In this document: piece after piece, positions 1 to 9,714 of the stretch
Position numbering within the stretch: position 1 is the stretch's first letter
Layout of the letters: each line of letters opens with the position of its first letter
Program-made: the position numbers and the translations under genes
Notes under the pieces: generated by a model
What the model saw: the letters and a program-made list of their open reading frames with translations, nothing else
Databases searched by the model: none
What the model was told of the DNA's origin: nothing
NCBI GenBank assembly: GCA_027008645.1
Contig: JALVEE010000121.1
Location: 6,740-70,739, forward strand
Source: Saprospiraceae bacterium
GTDB lineage: Bacteria; Bacteroidota; Bacteroidia; Chitinophagales; Saprospiraceae
Length of the DNA: 64,000 nt
Direction of reading: 5' to 3'

Positions 1-1347
1 AGATTGGCGATAAATGCCTTGGAAATGTACAAGAATGGCAACTATATCGTAACTTATTTCGATGGTTTGCCTGATATGTGGAATACTAAACCACCTCTTA
101 TGATTTGGTTGCAAGTATTGATGTTCAAGGCTTTTGGCATTAGTGTTTTATCACTTCGGCTACCTTCAGCTATTTCAGCGTTATTGACAACAATAGCAAT
201 TTTATTTTTTTCAATAAAATATCTCAAATCATTTTGGTTTGGGTTTATAGCGGTTTTTGTTTTAATTTCGATTGATGGTTATATAGAGTTACATTCTATT
301 AGAACAGGCGATTATGATTCCCTTCTTACATTATTTACAACTTTAAGCGGATTGACTTATTTTATGTTTATCGAAACAAAAAACAATAAATATCTACTAT
401 TATTTTTTATCTCTTTGATGTTTTCCGTTTTGTCTAAAGGAATAGCCGGACTAATGTTTATTCCAGGGTTATTTATTTATAGTCTATGGAGAAAACAAAT
501 TATTAGTATTTTAATAAACAAAAAATTTTATATCGGGCTTTTAATTTTCCTTGTTCCTGTTCTAGGTATTTATTTACTAAGAGAAGCCTACAACTCCGGT
601 TATCTGGAAGCCGTTTCCAACAATGAATGGGGAGGAAGATACTTTACGAATAAAAATATTAATAGTGATATTTTATACTACTTTAAAAGGTTGACAAGAC
701 AAAGACTTGTCCCTTGGTATAATATTGTCCCAATATCTATTGGTTTCGGTATGTTAAGTGATAAAAAGAAGGTTAAAAACCTAACTATTTTTTTATCATC
801 GATGATATTTCCGTACTTACTAATTATTTCATATTCTAGAACTAAACTGGTATGGTATGATGTACCCACTTTCCCGTTTATTGCAATCTTAATAGCAATT
901 TTATTATATGATATTTTTATCCGAATAATGAAAAAAAAATGGATGAATTATGGCTTTTTAAACAAAGTAATCCCGTTTATTTTTATTTTTAGTGTGATTG
1001 GAGTTCCCTATCTGAAAGTAATTAAAAAAAATAGCAGACCTCAAGATTATGTATATGATAAAATGGCTTTTGATTTGGGAAAATATTTACAAGATGGTGT
1101 AAAGGGTATTAATGATTTAAATGGATTTACCATTGTTTATACAGGATATAGACCTCAAATAGATTTTTATAAAAGAATTTTGGAAGACGAAGGTATCGAT
1201 ATAAAATTCAATGATTGGAATAAATTAGAAAAGGGAGATAAAGTATTGGCAGTCCGGAAAGAAGATATAGATAAAATTGAAAAAATATATATTATCACTA
1301 AATTGAAAAACAAAGGAAGTCTTGCGATATACCAAATAATTCAATGA
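1..1347 (+). CDS. ArnT/PMT-like lipid-linked glycosyltransferase (GT39/GT83-type), N-terminally truncated by the window edge
   Basis: The frame is open from base 1, and the TTG at 4 is only the ORF-track start. Multi-pass membrane protein with the ArnT-type loop YFDGLPDMWNTKPPLMIWLQ and RLPSAISALL. The C-terminal part is a soluble domain. Confidence 0.65.
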   Translation, partial: RLAINALEMYKNGNYIVTYFDGLPDMWNTKPPLMIWLQVLMFKAFGISVLSLRLPSAISALLTTIAILFFSIKYLKSFWFGFIAVFVLISIDGYIELHSIRTGDYDSLLTLFTTLSGLTYFMFIETKNNKYLLLFFISLMFSVLSKGIAGLMFIPGLFIYSLWRKQIISILINKKFYIGLLIFLVPVLGIYLLREAYNSGYLEAVSNNEWGGRYFTNKNINSDILYYFKRLTRQRLVPWYNIVPISIGFGMLSDKKKVKNLTIFLSSMIFPYLLIISYSRTKLVWYDVPTFPFIAILIAILLYDIFIRIMKKKWMNYGFLNKVIPFIFIFSVIGVPYLKVIKKNSRPQDYVYDKMAFDLGKYLQDGVKGINDLNGFTIVYTGYRPQIDFYKRILEDEGIDIKFNDWNKLEKGDKVLAVRKEDIDKIEKIYIITKLKNKGSLAIYQIIQ

Positions 1348-1366
1348 TATTATTACTTTTCAAATT

Positions 1367-1417
1367 ATTATCGGCTACTTAACTGATATCTTACATTATC
1401 GGCTATTTAACCGATAT
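1367..1417. repeat. Two 23-bp direct repeats (attatcggctaYttaacYgatat) 28 bp apart between convergent genes. The second copy is a palindrome tatcgg-N8-ccgata.
   Basis: Read directly: 1367-1389 and 1395-1417 differ at 2 of 23 positions. They lie in the 149-bp convergent spacer, so they could be a bidirectional terminator or a protein-binding site. Confidence 0.5.
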
Positions 1418-1496
1418 TTATTATTATAATCTAAATCAGTATTTTCATCAAAAACCTCAAAGTTTACACTCTTTCTGATCCAGCGTCCTCATTCTC

Positions 1497-3032
1497 CTAT
1501 ACCTTCTCCCACTCATACCCGATAATATTCCTTTGTTCCCGGCTGAATTCTATGCCGATAAGGTAAATATTTTCGAAATCCCGGTATTTTTCCCAATATC
1601 TCTTTTCTTTGATTTGCTTTAGTGCATTACCGGTAGCTTTTTCAGACAGTTTGAATTCAAAAATAAATACCTTACCTTCAAGTTTGACCGATAGATCCAT
1701 TCTACCGAGATTGGTGGTATCTTCAGGGATGATATCCAGACCGATACTTGCGAGGTAAGCATATACAACGCTTCCATAGTATCCTTCATAATCGTATAAC
1801 TTACTATTGGTAAAATTGGTATATGATATGGAAGCAAACAGCGTAAAAAGAGCTTCTTTGAATCCATCCAAATCGGTATTCCGCAACATTTTCAGTAATC
1901 CTTTTTGATATTTTAACTTTTCTGTTGTTTGATTTGTCAAATAGGTTATAAAGAGATTATTTAAAGATATACTTATTTCTTTGTTCGGGATACCCAATTT
2001 GTATTCTATTCCAAAGATATCTTCAATCTTCTCGGTAATTGTCAAATATCCCGTTTGCCATAGCAATGCTACCAATTCTATTCTTTCGACATCAAAAGTG
2101 TTAAGGATTTCTTTGCTGGCAACAAAATTTTCCAATTCCGGAATATAATAATTTTGTGTTTTCAGCATATCTATCAGAAATGAAGGATTCCCTGTTTCCC
2201 ACCAGTAATTACTAAAATCGAAATCTTTTTTAATAAATAGCAAAATATCAAACGGATTATAAACTTTATCTCCGAGATAATAATACCCATTGTACCATTT
2301 TTTGACTTTTTCCATATTAGCGCCTTGTAAATGTTCACTGAAAACGGTTAATAAATCATTATGAGTATAGCCGCAAATTGTCGCAAAATTTTTATCCAAT
2401 GTAATATCTTCAAGATTGTTCAACCCACTAAAAAGATTCATTATGGAAAATTTGCTAACTCCGGTGATAAATACAAACCGGATATAAGCGTCATTGTCTT
2501 TTATCACTCCGTAAAAGTCTTTCATTGCATCCCGCATCTCACGGGCAACTTCTTTGTCTGTGATATTATCAAGGATGGGTTTGTCGTATTCATCGATAAG
2601 TATGACTACTTTTTTATTGTATTTTTCACTTGTCTTTTGAATCAATTCTTTAAAGCAGTCATTAGGGTCAGATGACTGACACTTAATACTAACAGCTTTC
2701 TCTGCATCTTCTAAAGTGCTAATCAATCTCTTATTTAATTTTTCTATATTTTTAAGCACACCTGAGCCAAGACTTATTTTTAAAACCGGATGCTTCACAT
2801 CCCAATCCCATTTGTCATAAATATACAATCCCTTGAAAAGCTCTTTATTCCCTTCAAAAATCTCTTTGAGTGTATCCAAAAACAAGCTTTTACCAAACCG
2901 GCGCGGGCGGGAAAGAAAGTAATAACCTGCTGTTTGGATCAAATTATATGCAATTTCGGTTTTATCAACATAAACAAAGTCTCCTTCTATTATTTTGCTT
3001 AATGTTTGTATTCCGATTGGTAATTTTTTCAT
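1497..3032 (-). CDS. AAA-ATPase-like plus PD-(D/E)XK nuclease family protein (PF09820/PDDEXK_9 architecture)
   Basis: The N-terminus MKKLPIGIQTLSKIIEGDFVYVDKTE...FLSRPRRFGKSL (Walker A-like RRFGKS) is the hallmark of this family. The C-terminus LSVKLEGKVFIFEFK is the PD-(D/E)XK-like tail. I place the start at ATG 3032, because the 24 extra codons of the ORF-track start at 3104 lie inside a repeat element. Confidence 0.8.
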   Translation of the reverse strand: MKKLPIGIQTLSKIIEGDFVYVDKTEIAYNLIQTAGYYFLSRPRRFGKSLFLDTLKEIFEGNKELFKGLYIYDKWDWDVKHPVLKISLGSGVLKNIEKLNKRLISTLEDAEKAVSIKCQSSDPNDCFKELIQKTSEKYNKKVVILIDEYDKPILDNITDKEVAREMRDAMKDFYGVIKDNDAYIRFVFITGVSKFSIMNLFSGLNNLEDITLDKNFATICGYTHNDLLTVFSEHLQGANMEKVKKWYNGYYYLGDKVYNPFDILLFIKKDFDFSNYWWETGNPSFLIDMLKTQNYYIPELENFVASKEILNTFDVERIELVALLWQTGYLTITEKIEDIFGIEYKLGIPNKEISISLNNLFITYLTNQTTEKLKYQKGLLKMLRNTDLDGFKEALFTLFASISYTNFTNSKLYDYEGYYGSVVYAYLASIGLDIIPEDTTNLGRMDLSVKLEGKVFIFEFKLSEKATGNALKQIKEKRYWEKYRDFENIYLIGIEFSREQRNIIGYEWEKV

Positions 3033-3097
3033 AAAAAATGCTTTTGAAATGCTAATATACGATAAAATATTCATAAAAAATAAATCCCCCAAATAAA

Positions 3098-3212
3098 GGT
3101 GCATTTCATTTTTTCGCGTTATTAAAGAAGTTTTGTTAATGTGGGCAACATTGCGTACCTACGGCACGCATTTTAGTTGGTTATTAAAAGCCTTTTATAC
3201 CTATGTTTTTAG
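3098..3212 (-). mobile_element. Truncated copy (about half) of the ~220-bp MITE-like element, inverted relative to the copies at 12297 and 62539
   Basis: ggtgcatttcattttttcgcg...gcgtacctacggcacgcattttagttgg aligns to the reverse complement of 12420-12517 with few mismatches. Similarity fades after about 3212 and no second terminal repeat is present. Confidence 0.6.
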
Positions 3213-3344
3213 CATTTTTTTATCCTAACTATTAATTATTACTTATTATCTAGTCATTTTAATTAATTTAGCATTATTTTGTGACGTTTTTGAATCTTAA
3301 AACCAATAGATATTGTAGATTTGAATACCTGCAAAAAAAATAAT

Positions 3345-5678
3345 ATGAAAAAACATCTTACATTTCTAATTATCCTTATTTCGATTTTGACATCTCAGGC
3401 TCAAGAACAATACTCAAGGGTAAAAATCGACTTAAGAGATAAAAGCATTCAAGGCTTAGCCAAAACCGGAATTGAACTTGACCACGGTATCTTCAAAAAA
3501 AGTAAATACTTCATCTGCGAGTTATCCTCAAAAGAACTCCAAAAAGTAAAGTCCGCCGGATACAACTACAAATTAATGGTTCAAGATTTGCAAAAAGAGA
3601 TTTCCCACAGAAGAGAAGAGATAGATTATAGGGGAGGCGATAATTGCAGTACACATTCAAAAAAAGACTATAGAACCCCTGATAATTTTCATCTCGGTTC
3701 AATGGCAGGAAACCTGACTTATAACGAGATGTTGCAAAGTCTGGATTCGATGAATATATTGTATCCTAATCTGATAAGTAAAAGACAAGTAATCGATACA
3801 TTTCTCACTGTGGAAGGAAGACCTATATACTGGTACAAAATATCAGATAATCCCGGGACAAAAGAAAATGAACCGGAAATATTGTACACAGCTCTTCACC
3901 ATGCAAGAGAACCAGTAAGTATGATGCAAATGGTCTATTATATGTGGTATCTCCTTGAAAATTACGGTAAAAATGATCAAATCACTTATTTGGTCAATAA
4001 CAGGGAAATGTATTTTATCCCCTGTGTGAATCCTGACGGATACCTATTCAATGAAAAAACAAACCCCAACGGAGGAGGCTTTTGGAGAAAAAACAGACAT
4101 GATTTTGGTGATGAAGTCTATGGAGTAGATCTCAACAGAAATTATGGTTATAAATGGGGTTATGACAATAATGGTTCCTCACCGGATGCTTCTTCCAATA
4201 CATATAGAGGGACAAAAGAATTTTCAGAAGAAGAAACCAAAGCAGTTAAATATTTTTGCGAAAATCACAATTTTACTATCGCTTTGAATTTTCATACTTA
4301 TAGCAATTTGCTTATTCACCCTTGGGGGTATAAACCTGCAGAGACCAAGGATTCCACGGCTTTTATTGCAATAGGCAAACTCCTTACAAGTGAAAATAAC
4401 TACAATTCAGGATTGGCAGTCCAAACTGTAGGGTATCCGGCTAATGGAGATTCCGATGATTGGATGTATGGCGATACAAGCAAAAAAAATAGAATTTTTG
4501 TTTTTACACCCGAGGTAGGAACAGAAGGGTTTTGGCCTGATAAAAGCTTGATTTTACAACAGTGCAAAGAAAATATATTCCTTAATTTAACGGCAGCATC
4601 AGTAACAGAACCATACGCAAGCTTTGAGGAAACTACAGCCAGTATTATATCAAAAAAAGATACCCTGTCTTTTGACATTACCAATACAGGATTGAAAAAG
4701 GGAATAATTATATTCAGTGTAAAAAGCATAAACTCTGATATTGTTGACTATTCCGAAAAAATTATTTTGGATTCATTTAAGACTGTAAAAAGACACATTA
4801 TGTTTGATCTGGATGAAAATGTAATTGACGGTACCTCTTTCGATTTTGAAATTACTGTTGATAACGGTAATTTTGAATTTAAAGACACTATCCAAAAGAC
4901 ATATGCCATCATAAAAGAGCAATATATTTCCGACTGTAATGACATAGATGAATGGAATACCAATGGGACTTGGAATACAACAAATAAAGATTTTGTCTCA
5001 GCCGGTTACTCCATTACAGACTCACCTGACGGCAACTATTCCCCAAATACAAAAAATGAATTGATCTCTAAAAACAAATTCTATGTGCCTGATGACAAAT
5101 TTGTCTTCTTGAGTTTTAAGGCAAAATGGGATATTGAAAAAGCCTATGATTGGACAGCAGTATTTGCAGGAAAAGACCTAAGTGAATTAACTGCTTTATG
5201 CGGCAAAAACACCGTTTTAGGTACTAAGGATCAACTTCCTGATGAGCCTGTTTTTGACGGTACACAAGATGAATGGACAGATGTAAATTTGGATATAAGC
5301 AATTTTGCAGGTGATTCTATTTTCATAAAATTCGTGATGAATTCAGACCCATACGTAAATGGTGACGGATTTTATTTTGACGATCTGAAATTTACAAGTT
5401 ATGGTAAATCAAAATATGATAAAACAAGCCAAATCAATATATATAATATCATTGCAAGTCCAAACCCTTCTGTTGAAAAAGTAGAGTTCAGAAATTTATT
5501 GGCTGGTGATAGATTGATAATAAAGGATATAGTCGGCAATATTGTATTTGATAAAATAGTCAATAATAAAACAAAAACTATACAAATCTCTGCTTGGCAA
5601 CCCGGAATGTATTTTTATAATATAATAAGAAATGGTAAAAAATCTGTTTTTAGAAAACTTGTGGTGATATCAAAATAA
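3345..5678 (+). CDS. Secreted M14-family zinc carboxypeptidase with a jelly-roll (MAM-like) domain and a T9SS C-terminal sorting domain
   Basis: Signal peptide MKKHLTFLIILISILTSQAQ. M14 motifs LHHAREPVS, GVDLNRNY and FHTYSNLLIHPWGY. C-terminal ~80 aa (ASPNPSVEKVEF...GMYFYNIIRNGKKSVFRKLVV) match the Por/T9SS CTD pattern. ATG 3345 is preferred over TTG 3321. Confidence 0.85.
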   Translation: MKKHLTFLIILISILTSQAQEQYSRVKIDLRDKSIQGLAKTGIELDHGIFKKSKYFICELSSKELQKVKSAGYNYKLMVQDLQKEISHRREEIDYRGGDNCSTHSKKDYRTPDNFHLGSMAGNLTYNEMLQSLDSMNILYPNLISKRQVIDTFLTVEGRPIYWYKISDNPGTKENEPEILYTALHHAREPVSMMQMVYYMWYLLENYGKNDQITYLVNNREMYFIPCVNPDGYLFNEKTNPNGGGFWRKNRHDFGDEVYGVDLNRNYGYKWGYDNNGSSPDASSNTYRGTKEFSEEETKAVKYFCENHNFTIALNFHTYSNLLIHPWGYKPAETKDSTAFIAIGKLLTSENNYNSGLAVQTVGYPANGDSDDWMYGDTSKKNRIFVFTPEVGTEGFWPDKSLILQQCKENIFLNLTAASVTEPYASFEETTASIISKKDTLSFDITNTGLKKGIIIFSVKSINSDIVDYSEKIILDSFKTVKRHIMFDLDENVIDGTSFDFEITVDNGNFEFKDTIQKTYAIIKEQYISDCNDIDEWNTNGTWNTTNKDFVSAGYSITDSPDGNYSPNTKNELISKNKFYVPDDKFVFLSFKAKWDIEKAYDWTAVFAGKDLSELTALCGKNTVLGTKDQLPDEPVFDGTQDEWTDVNLDISNFAGDSIFIKFVMNSDPYVNGDGFYFDDLKFTSYGKSKYDKTSQINIYNIIASPNPSVEKVEFRNLLAGDRLIIKDIVGNIVFDKIVNNKTKTIQISAWQPGMYFYNIIRNGKKSVFRKLVVISK

Positions 5679-5774
5679 AATTTCACTTATTTTTTCTTAT
5701 AAAAAACACTATTATCATCACTTTATCGTTGAGAAAGTAGAATTAATTCGAAGCAACGATCAAAGCTATTAATC

Positions 5775-6521
5775 ATGAGAACAGTTTTTCTATTTTTGTT
5801 CTATATAGCCTTTGTTTTAACAAATATTTCTTCTCAAGAAGATATATTGAATAAGGCAGGTAAGGAATACAATAACGGCAACTTTGACAAATCAATAACA
5901 TTGTATGATTCTTTGCTTCAAGATGGGTATTACTCCCCTGATTTGTACTATAACTTAGGCAATTTCTATTACAAAAAGAACGATTTGGGTAAAGCGGTCT
6001 TGTATTACGAAAAAGCCCTGAAATATCGACCAAATGATGCAGATATTAAACACAATTTATATCTAACCAGAAGAAAAATAGATTCTGAAATCGTTGAACT
6101 TCCTGATTTCTTTCTGCGACGATGGTGGGTGAAAATTTCGGACTTTTTCGGACTTAGTATATGGACATTTTTATCCATATTTTTTGCCCTGTTTTTAGCG
6201 GTTATTTTAGGTCTTAATTGGCTAAAAAACTATAGATTCAATAGATATTTACCAATATTAAATGCTTTTTTGATTTTGTTTTTTCTTGTATCGCTATTTG
6301 CTTCATTTCGAAAATATGAAGTAATATACAATAGTGATAAATGTATTTTAATACAACCCGATAGTTTGTTTAAAGCACCGGATAATCGAAGTGATTTGTT
6401 ATACAAACTCGAACCTGGAGAAAAACTGCAATTAATTGATAGCATCAATACTTGGTACAAAATCAAATTGGTAAATAAAGAAACAGGGTGGATAGGTAAA
6501 TCCAATTGTAAAAAAATATAA
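5775..6521 (+). CDS. TPR-repeat / transmembrane / SH3b protein (BatE-like)
   Basis: Signal sequence, then TPR repeats (YYNLGNFYYKKNDLGKAVLYYEKALKYRPND), two TM helices, and a C-terminal SH3b-like WYKIKLVNKETGWIGKSN. This is the architecture of BatE from Bacteroides aerotolerance operons, but no batA-D genes are adjacent. Confidence 0.55.
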   Translation: MRTVFLFLFYIAFVLTNISSQEDILNKAGKEYNNGNFDKSITLYDSLLQDGYYSPDLYYNLGNFYYKKNDLGKAVLYYEKALKYRPNDADIKHNLYLTRRKIDSEIVELPDFFLRRWWVKISDFFGLSIWTFLSIFFALFLAVILGLNWLKNYRFNRYLPILNAFLILFFLVSLFASFRKYEVIYNSDKCILIQPDSLFKAPDNRSDLLYKLEPGEKLQLIDSINTWYKIKLVNKETGWIGKSNCKKI

Positions 6522-6703
6522 GAATTATATTATTTTAACAGTATTTTTATACTAACATAATATATTTGTTAATATCTTTGGAACATATAAAAAATTAGGG
6601 ATTGGTTTTAGAAATAATATTGATTTATTTTTAGCGATTATCGTTATTTTTTTTCAATAACCGTTATTATCATTGTTGCTGTTTTTTTTTAAATACATTT
6701 GAT

Positions 6704-7969
6704 ATGAATATCTTATTAATCGGTTCAGGAGGGAGAGAGTCAGCATTTGCGTGGAAACTACACCAAAGCCCTCTCTTGGATAAACTTTATATATCACCGG
6801 GAAATCCCGGCACTGCACAATACGGAACTAATGTCAATATCGACATTGAAAGTATCGATGAGTTGGTTGACTTTATAAAAAAATCAAAAATAGAGATGTT
6901 GATTGTAGGTCCGGAAAAACCTTTGGTGGAAGGGATATACGATAAATTAATAAAGATTTTACCAAAATTAAAAATAATAGGACCATCTCAAAAGGGGGCA
7001 ATGCTTGAAGGAAGCAAAGCTTACGCCAAAGAGTTTATGAAAGAATTCGGAATTCCGACTGCCGGATATAAGGTTTTCACTCAAAATCAAAAAGAAGAGG
7101 CACTGGAGTTTATCGACTCTATCAAAACGCCCATTGTTATCAAGGCTGACGGTTTGGCAGCAGGTAAAGGAGTATTTATCACCGAGGATAAGCAAAGTGC
7201 AAAAAATAGTATTAGTGATATTTTCAATGGTAAATTTGGTGATGCAGGTAATAAAATAGTTATTGAAGAATTTTTAGACGGAATAGAATACTCTGTTTTT
7301 GTAATTACCGATAGCAAGAGTTTCAAAATGCTTCCCATAGCCAAAGATTATAAGAGAATTGGGGAAGGAGACACAGGATTGAACACAGGAGGTATGGGTG
7401 CCATTTCCCCTGTTTCATTTATAAATGATGATTTGCTCATCAAAACCGTTGTTAAGATTATCCAACCTACTATCTCCGGTATATGGCAAAAAGACATAGA
7501 TTACAAGGGATTTATATTTTTTGGACTTATCAATGTCGATGGTGACCCATACGTAATCGAATACAATTGCAGAATGGGTGACCCCGAATCTGAAGTAGTA
7601 TTTCCCAGGCTTAAAAACGATCTTATTGAGCTATTAAATTCTCTTTACACAGCAGATTTGGCAGAGCATACTATTGAGCACAACTCTGACTATGCAGTTA
7701 CTGTCATGCTTACATCAAAAGGATATCCCGAAAAATACGAAACAGCAAAAGAGATAAATAATCTCGGCATTGTCGATGAAAGTATCATATTTCACGCAGG
7801 TACAAAAAATATTGATGACAAGATTGTCACAAGTGGTGGCAGGGTACTGGCGATTACATCTCTTGGTAAAACAAAAGAAAAAGCGTTGGAAAAAAGCTTA
7901 AAAAATGCTTCCAAAATCGATTTTGAAGGCAAATACTACCGTAGAGATATAGGATTCGATGTTGAATAA
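6704..7969 (+). CDS. purD: Phosphoribosylamine--glycine ligase (GAR synthetase)
   Basis: MNILLIGSGGRESAFAWKL start, ATP-grasp core (VIKADGLAAGKGV, EEFLDGIEYS), IEYNCRMGDPE and GGRVLA motifs. 421 aa, the typical PurD length. Confidence 0.95.
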   Translation: MNILLIGSGGRESAFAWKLHQSPLLDKLYISPGNPGTAQYGTNVNIDIESIDELVDFIKKSKIEMLIVGPEKPLVEGIYDKLIKILPKLKIIGPSQKGAMLEGSKAYAKEFMKEFGIPTAGYKVFTQNQKEEALEFIDSIKTPIVIKADGLAAGKGVFITEDKQSAKNSISDIFNGKFGDAGNKIVIEEFLDGIEYSVFVITDSKSFKMLPIAKDYKRIGEGDTGLNTGGMGAISPVSFINDDLLIKTVVKIIQPTISGIWQKDIDYKGFIFFGLINVDGDPYVIEYNCRMGDPESEVVFPRLKNDLIELLNSLYTADLAEHTIEHNSDYAVTVMLTSKGYPEKYETAKEINNLGIVDESIIFHAGTKNIDDKIVTSGGRVLAITSLGKTKEKALEKSLKNASKIDFEGKYYRRDIGFDVE

Positions 7970-8091
7970 TAAGCTTGTTAATCAGAAAGTCAGTTTTTAG
8001 GGAATTTCCAAAATCTCAAAACGCATATTGGCTATCAAATTGCCCATAATAATGTTGGTTTTGACGACCAACCAAAGAAGTTTTTGACTGC

Positions 8092-9273
8092 TTATGTATT
8101 ATTTCTTCTTTTGATTTCCTTTTTTATCAATTCAAGCTCTCTTGTAGTTTGTCCCTCTACCGAAGTGTTTTCTTGTGCTCTCCTAATTAAATACGGTATT
8201 ACTTGTTTGACCGGACCGTAAGGAATATATTTTTGTACATTGTACCCTGCTTTAGCCATAGTAAAACTAATATTATCACTCATTCCTTTTAGTTGAGCTG
8301 AAACTATCCTAGGGTGATTTTCGGGTAAATTGTGTTCTTTCATCAATTGAGCCAAATACTCACAACTGTATTCGTTATGTGTAGCATTTGACAAGTGAAA
8401 TGTATCAATGTTTTCGATACAATATTTCAATCCGGCATTATAATTATTATGTGTTTCTTCTATTGTTTCACATATAGGACTTGGATATCCCATTTCCAAT
8501 GCTCTGGCTCTTTCTTTTTCAAGGTATGCTCCTCTCACGAGTTTAACTGCCGGAATATAATTGTGTTTTTTTGCGTGTTCAAGACTTGTTTTTAGAAAAT
8601 CCAATTTGTCTTTGATATAAAGCTGAACACCGTTTATTACCGTCGGAAATTCTTTATTAAATACTGCACTCAATTCAAAAGCAATATCATCTATTGCCCC
8701 TTGAATCCATGTTTCCTCCGCATCCAAATGCAGATGTACTCTTTTTTCACTAGCAGCTTTAACAAGATTCCTAAGTCTTGATTTTCCTTTCTCAAATCTT
8801 ATATTTTCCGCATCGCTCAACTCTTGCCCCGATGTGAGTTTTTGTAGTAAATCATGTTCGATTAATCCCGAAGGTTTACAGCTAATCGTATTGATATTAT
8901 CGTTTTGTACGGCGTATTCCAATGTTTTATGTAGGGATTTTGCTGTTTTCTCAAATTCTTCTTCCGTATGTTTACCCTCAACTCCATAGTTTAATATAAC
9001 ATTGATACCATATGTGCTTAATTTTTCAACAACGCTCTTGACTTCCGGGATTGTTTCCCCACCACAAAAATGCTTATAAACCGTATTTTTTAGTATGGAT
9101 TTTATAGGTAAATGCAATTTTAGTGCTAACAGTGTTGCCTTAGAACCTATGCTAACCAGTGAAGCATAACTCATAGCTTTGAAAATTTGGTATGCATTTT
9201 GCAGTTCTTTATCTGAGAGATATGAAAATGCTACTTCTGTATTATCAAAATTAAAGAATTTTGTTGCTTTCAT
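8092..9273 (-). CDS. Proline dehydrogenase family protein (stand-alone ProDH)
   Basis: ~390-aa TIM-barrel protein with the conserved C-terminal YIPYGP...IPYLIRRAQENTS motif and the N-terminal helical region typical of Bacteroidota monofunctional proline dehydrogenases. Confidence 0.8.
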   Translation of the reverse strand: MKATKFFNFDNTEVAFSYLSDKELQNAYQIFKAMSYASLVSIGSKATLLALKLHLPIKSILKNTVYKHFCGGETIPEVKSVVEKLSTYGINVILNYGVEGKHTEEEFEKTAKSLHKTLEYAVQNDNINTISCKPSGLIEHDLLQKLTSGQELSDAENIRFEKGKSRLRNLVKAASEKRVHLHLDAEETWIQGAIDDIAFELSAVFNKEFPTVINGVQLYIKDKLDFLKTSLEHAKKHNYIPAVKLVRGAYLEKERARALEMGYPSPICETIEETHNNYNAGLKYCIENIDTFHLSNATHNEYSCEYLAQLMKEHNLPENHPRIVSAQLKGMSDNISFTMAKAGYNVQKYIPYGPVKQVIPYLIRRAQENTSVEGQTTRELELIKKEIKRRNNT

Positions 9274-9608
9274 ATTTGAGATATTTATGCAGCGAAAGTA
9301 TGAAAAATATAATCATAGTCATAAAGATTCAGAGATTATTATTTTATAATTTATAATCTTGTGAAATAAGCTTGAAATATGTTTTGACAATAAGTATTTT
9401 AACCCTACGGAATTATTTTATGAAGCCGAACAAGCTAAAAAGAAACATTTTATATTCTTAAATTTGATGACAATTTGATATTATATCTACATAAAACTAA
9501 AAGCATGTATAATCCGGGTTAAATATTTTATCTGCTTCTATATGAAAATATAAATTTTTTAAATATTGATAATTACTAATCTAATTTTGATATTATACAA
9601 TTATTTAA

Positions 9609-9616
9609 TACCTTTG
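9609..9616 (+). promoter_or_regulatory. Candidate Bacteroidota -7 promoter box (TAccTTTG)
   Basis: Matches the TAnnTTTG consensus ~100 bp upstream of the ATG at 9715, inside a 441-bp AT-rich divergent intergenic region. This is a motif match only. Confidence 0.25.
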
Positions 9617-9714
9617 TATCATACACTTGATAAAAATCGAAATTTAATAACAAGAATAAATTCTGAATTTGAGATATTTTTATACAAACACTATTCATCA
9701 AAAAATACGTTAAA

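Noticed and set aside
9274-9679. Identical 13-mer atttgagatattt next to both divergent start codons (9274-9286 and 9667-9679)
   Set aside because: A single 13-nt exact match is expected by chance many times in 64 kb of AT-rich sequence. There is no palindromy or further similarity around it.
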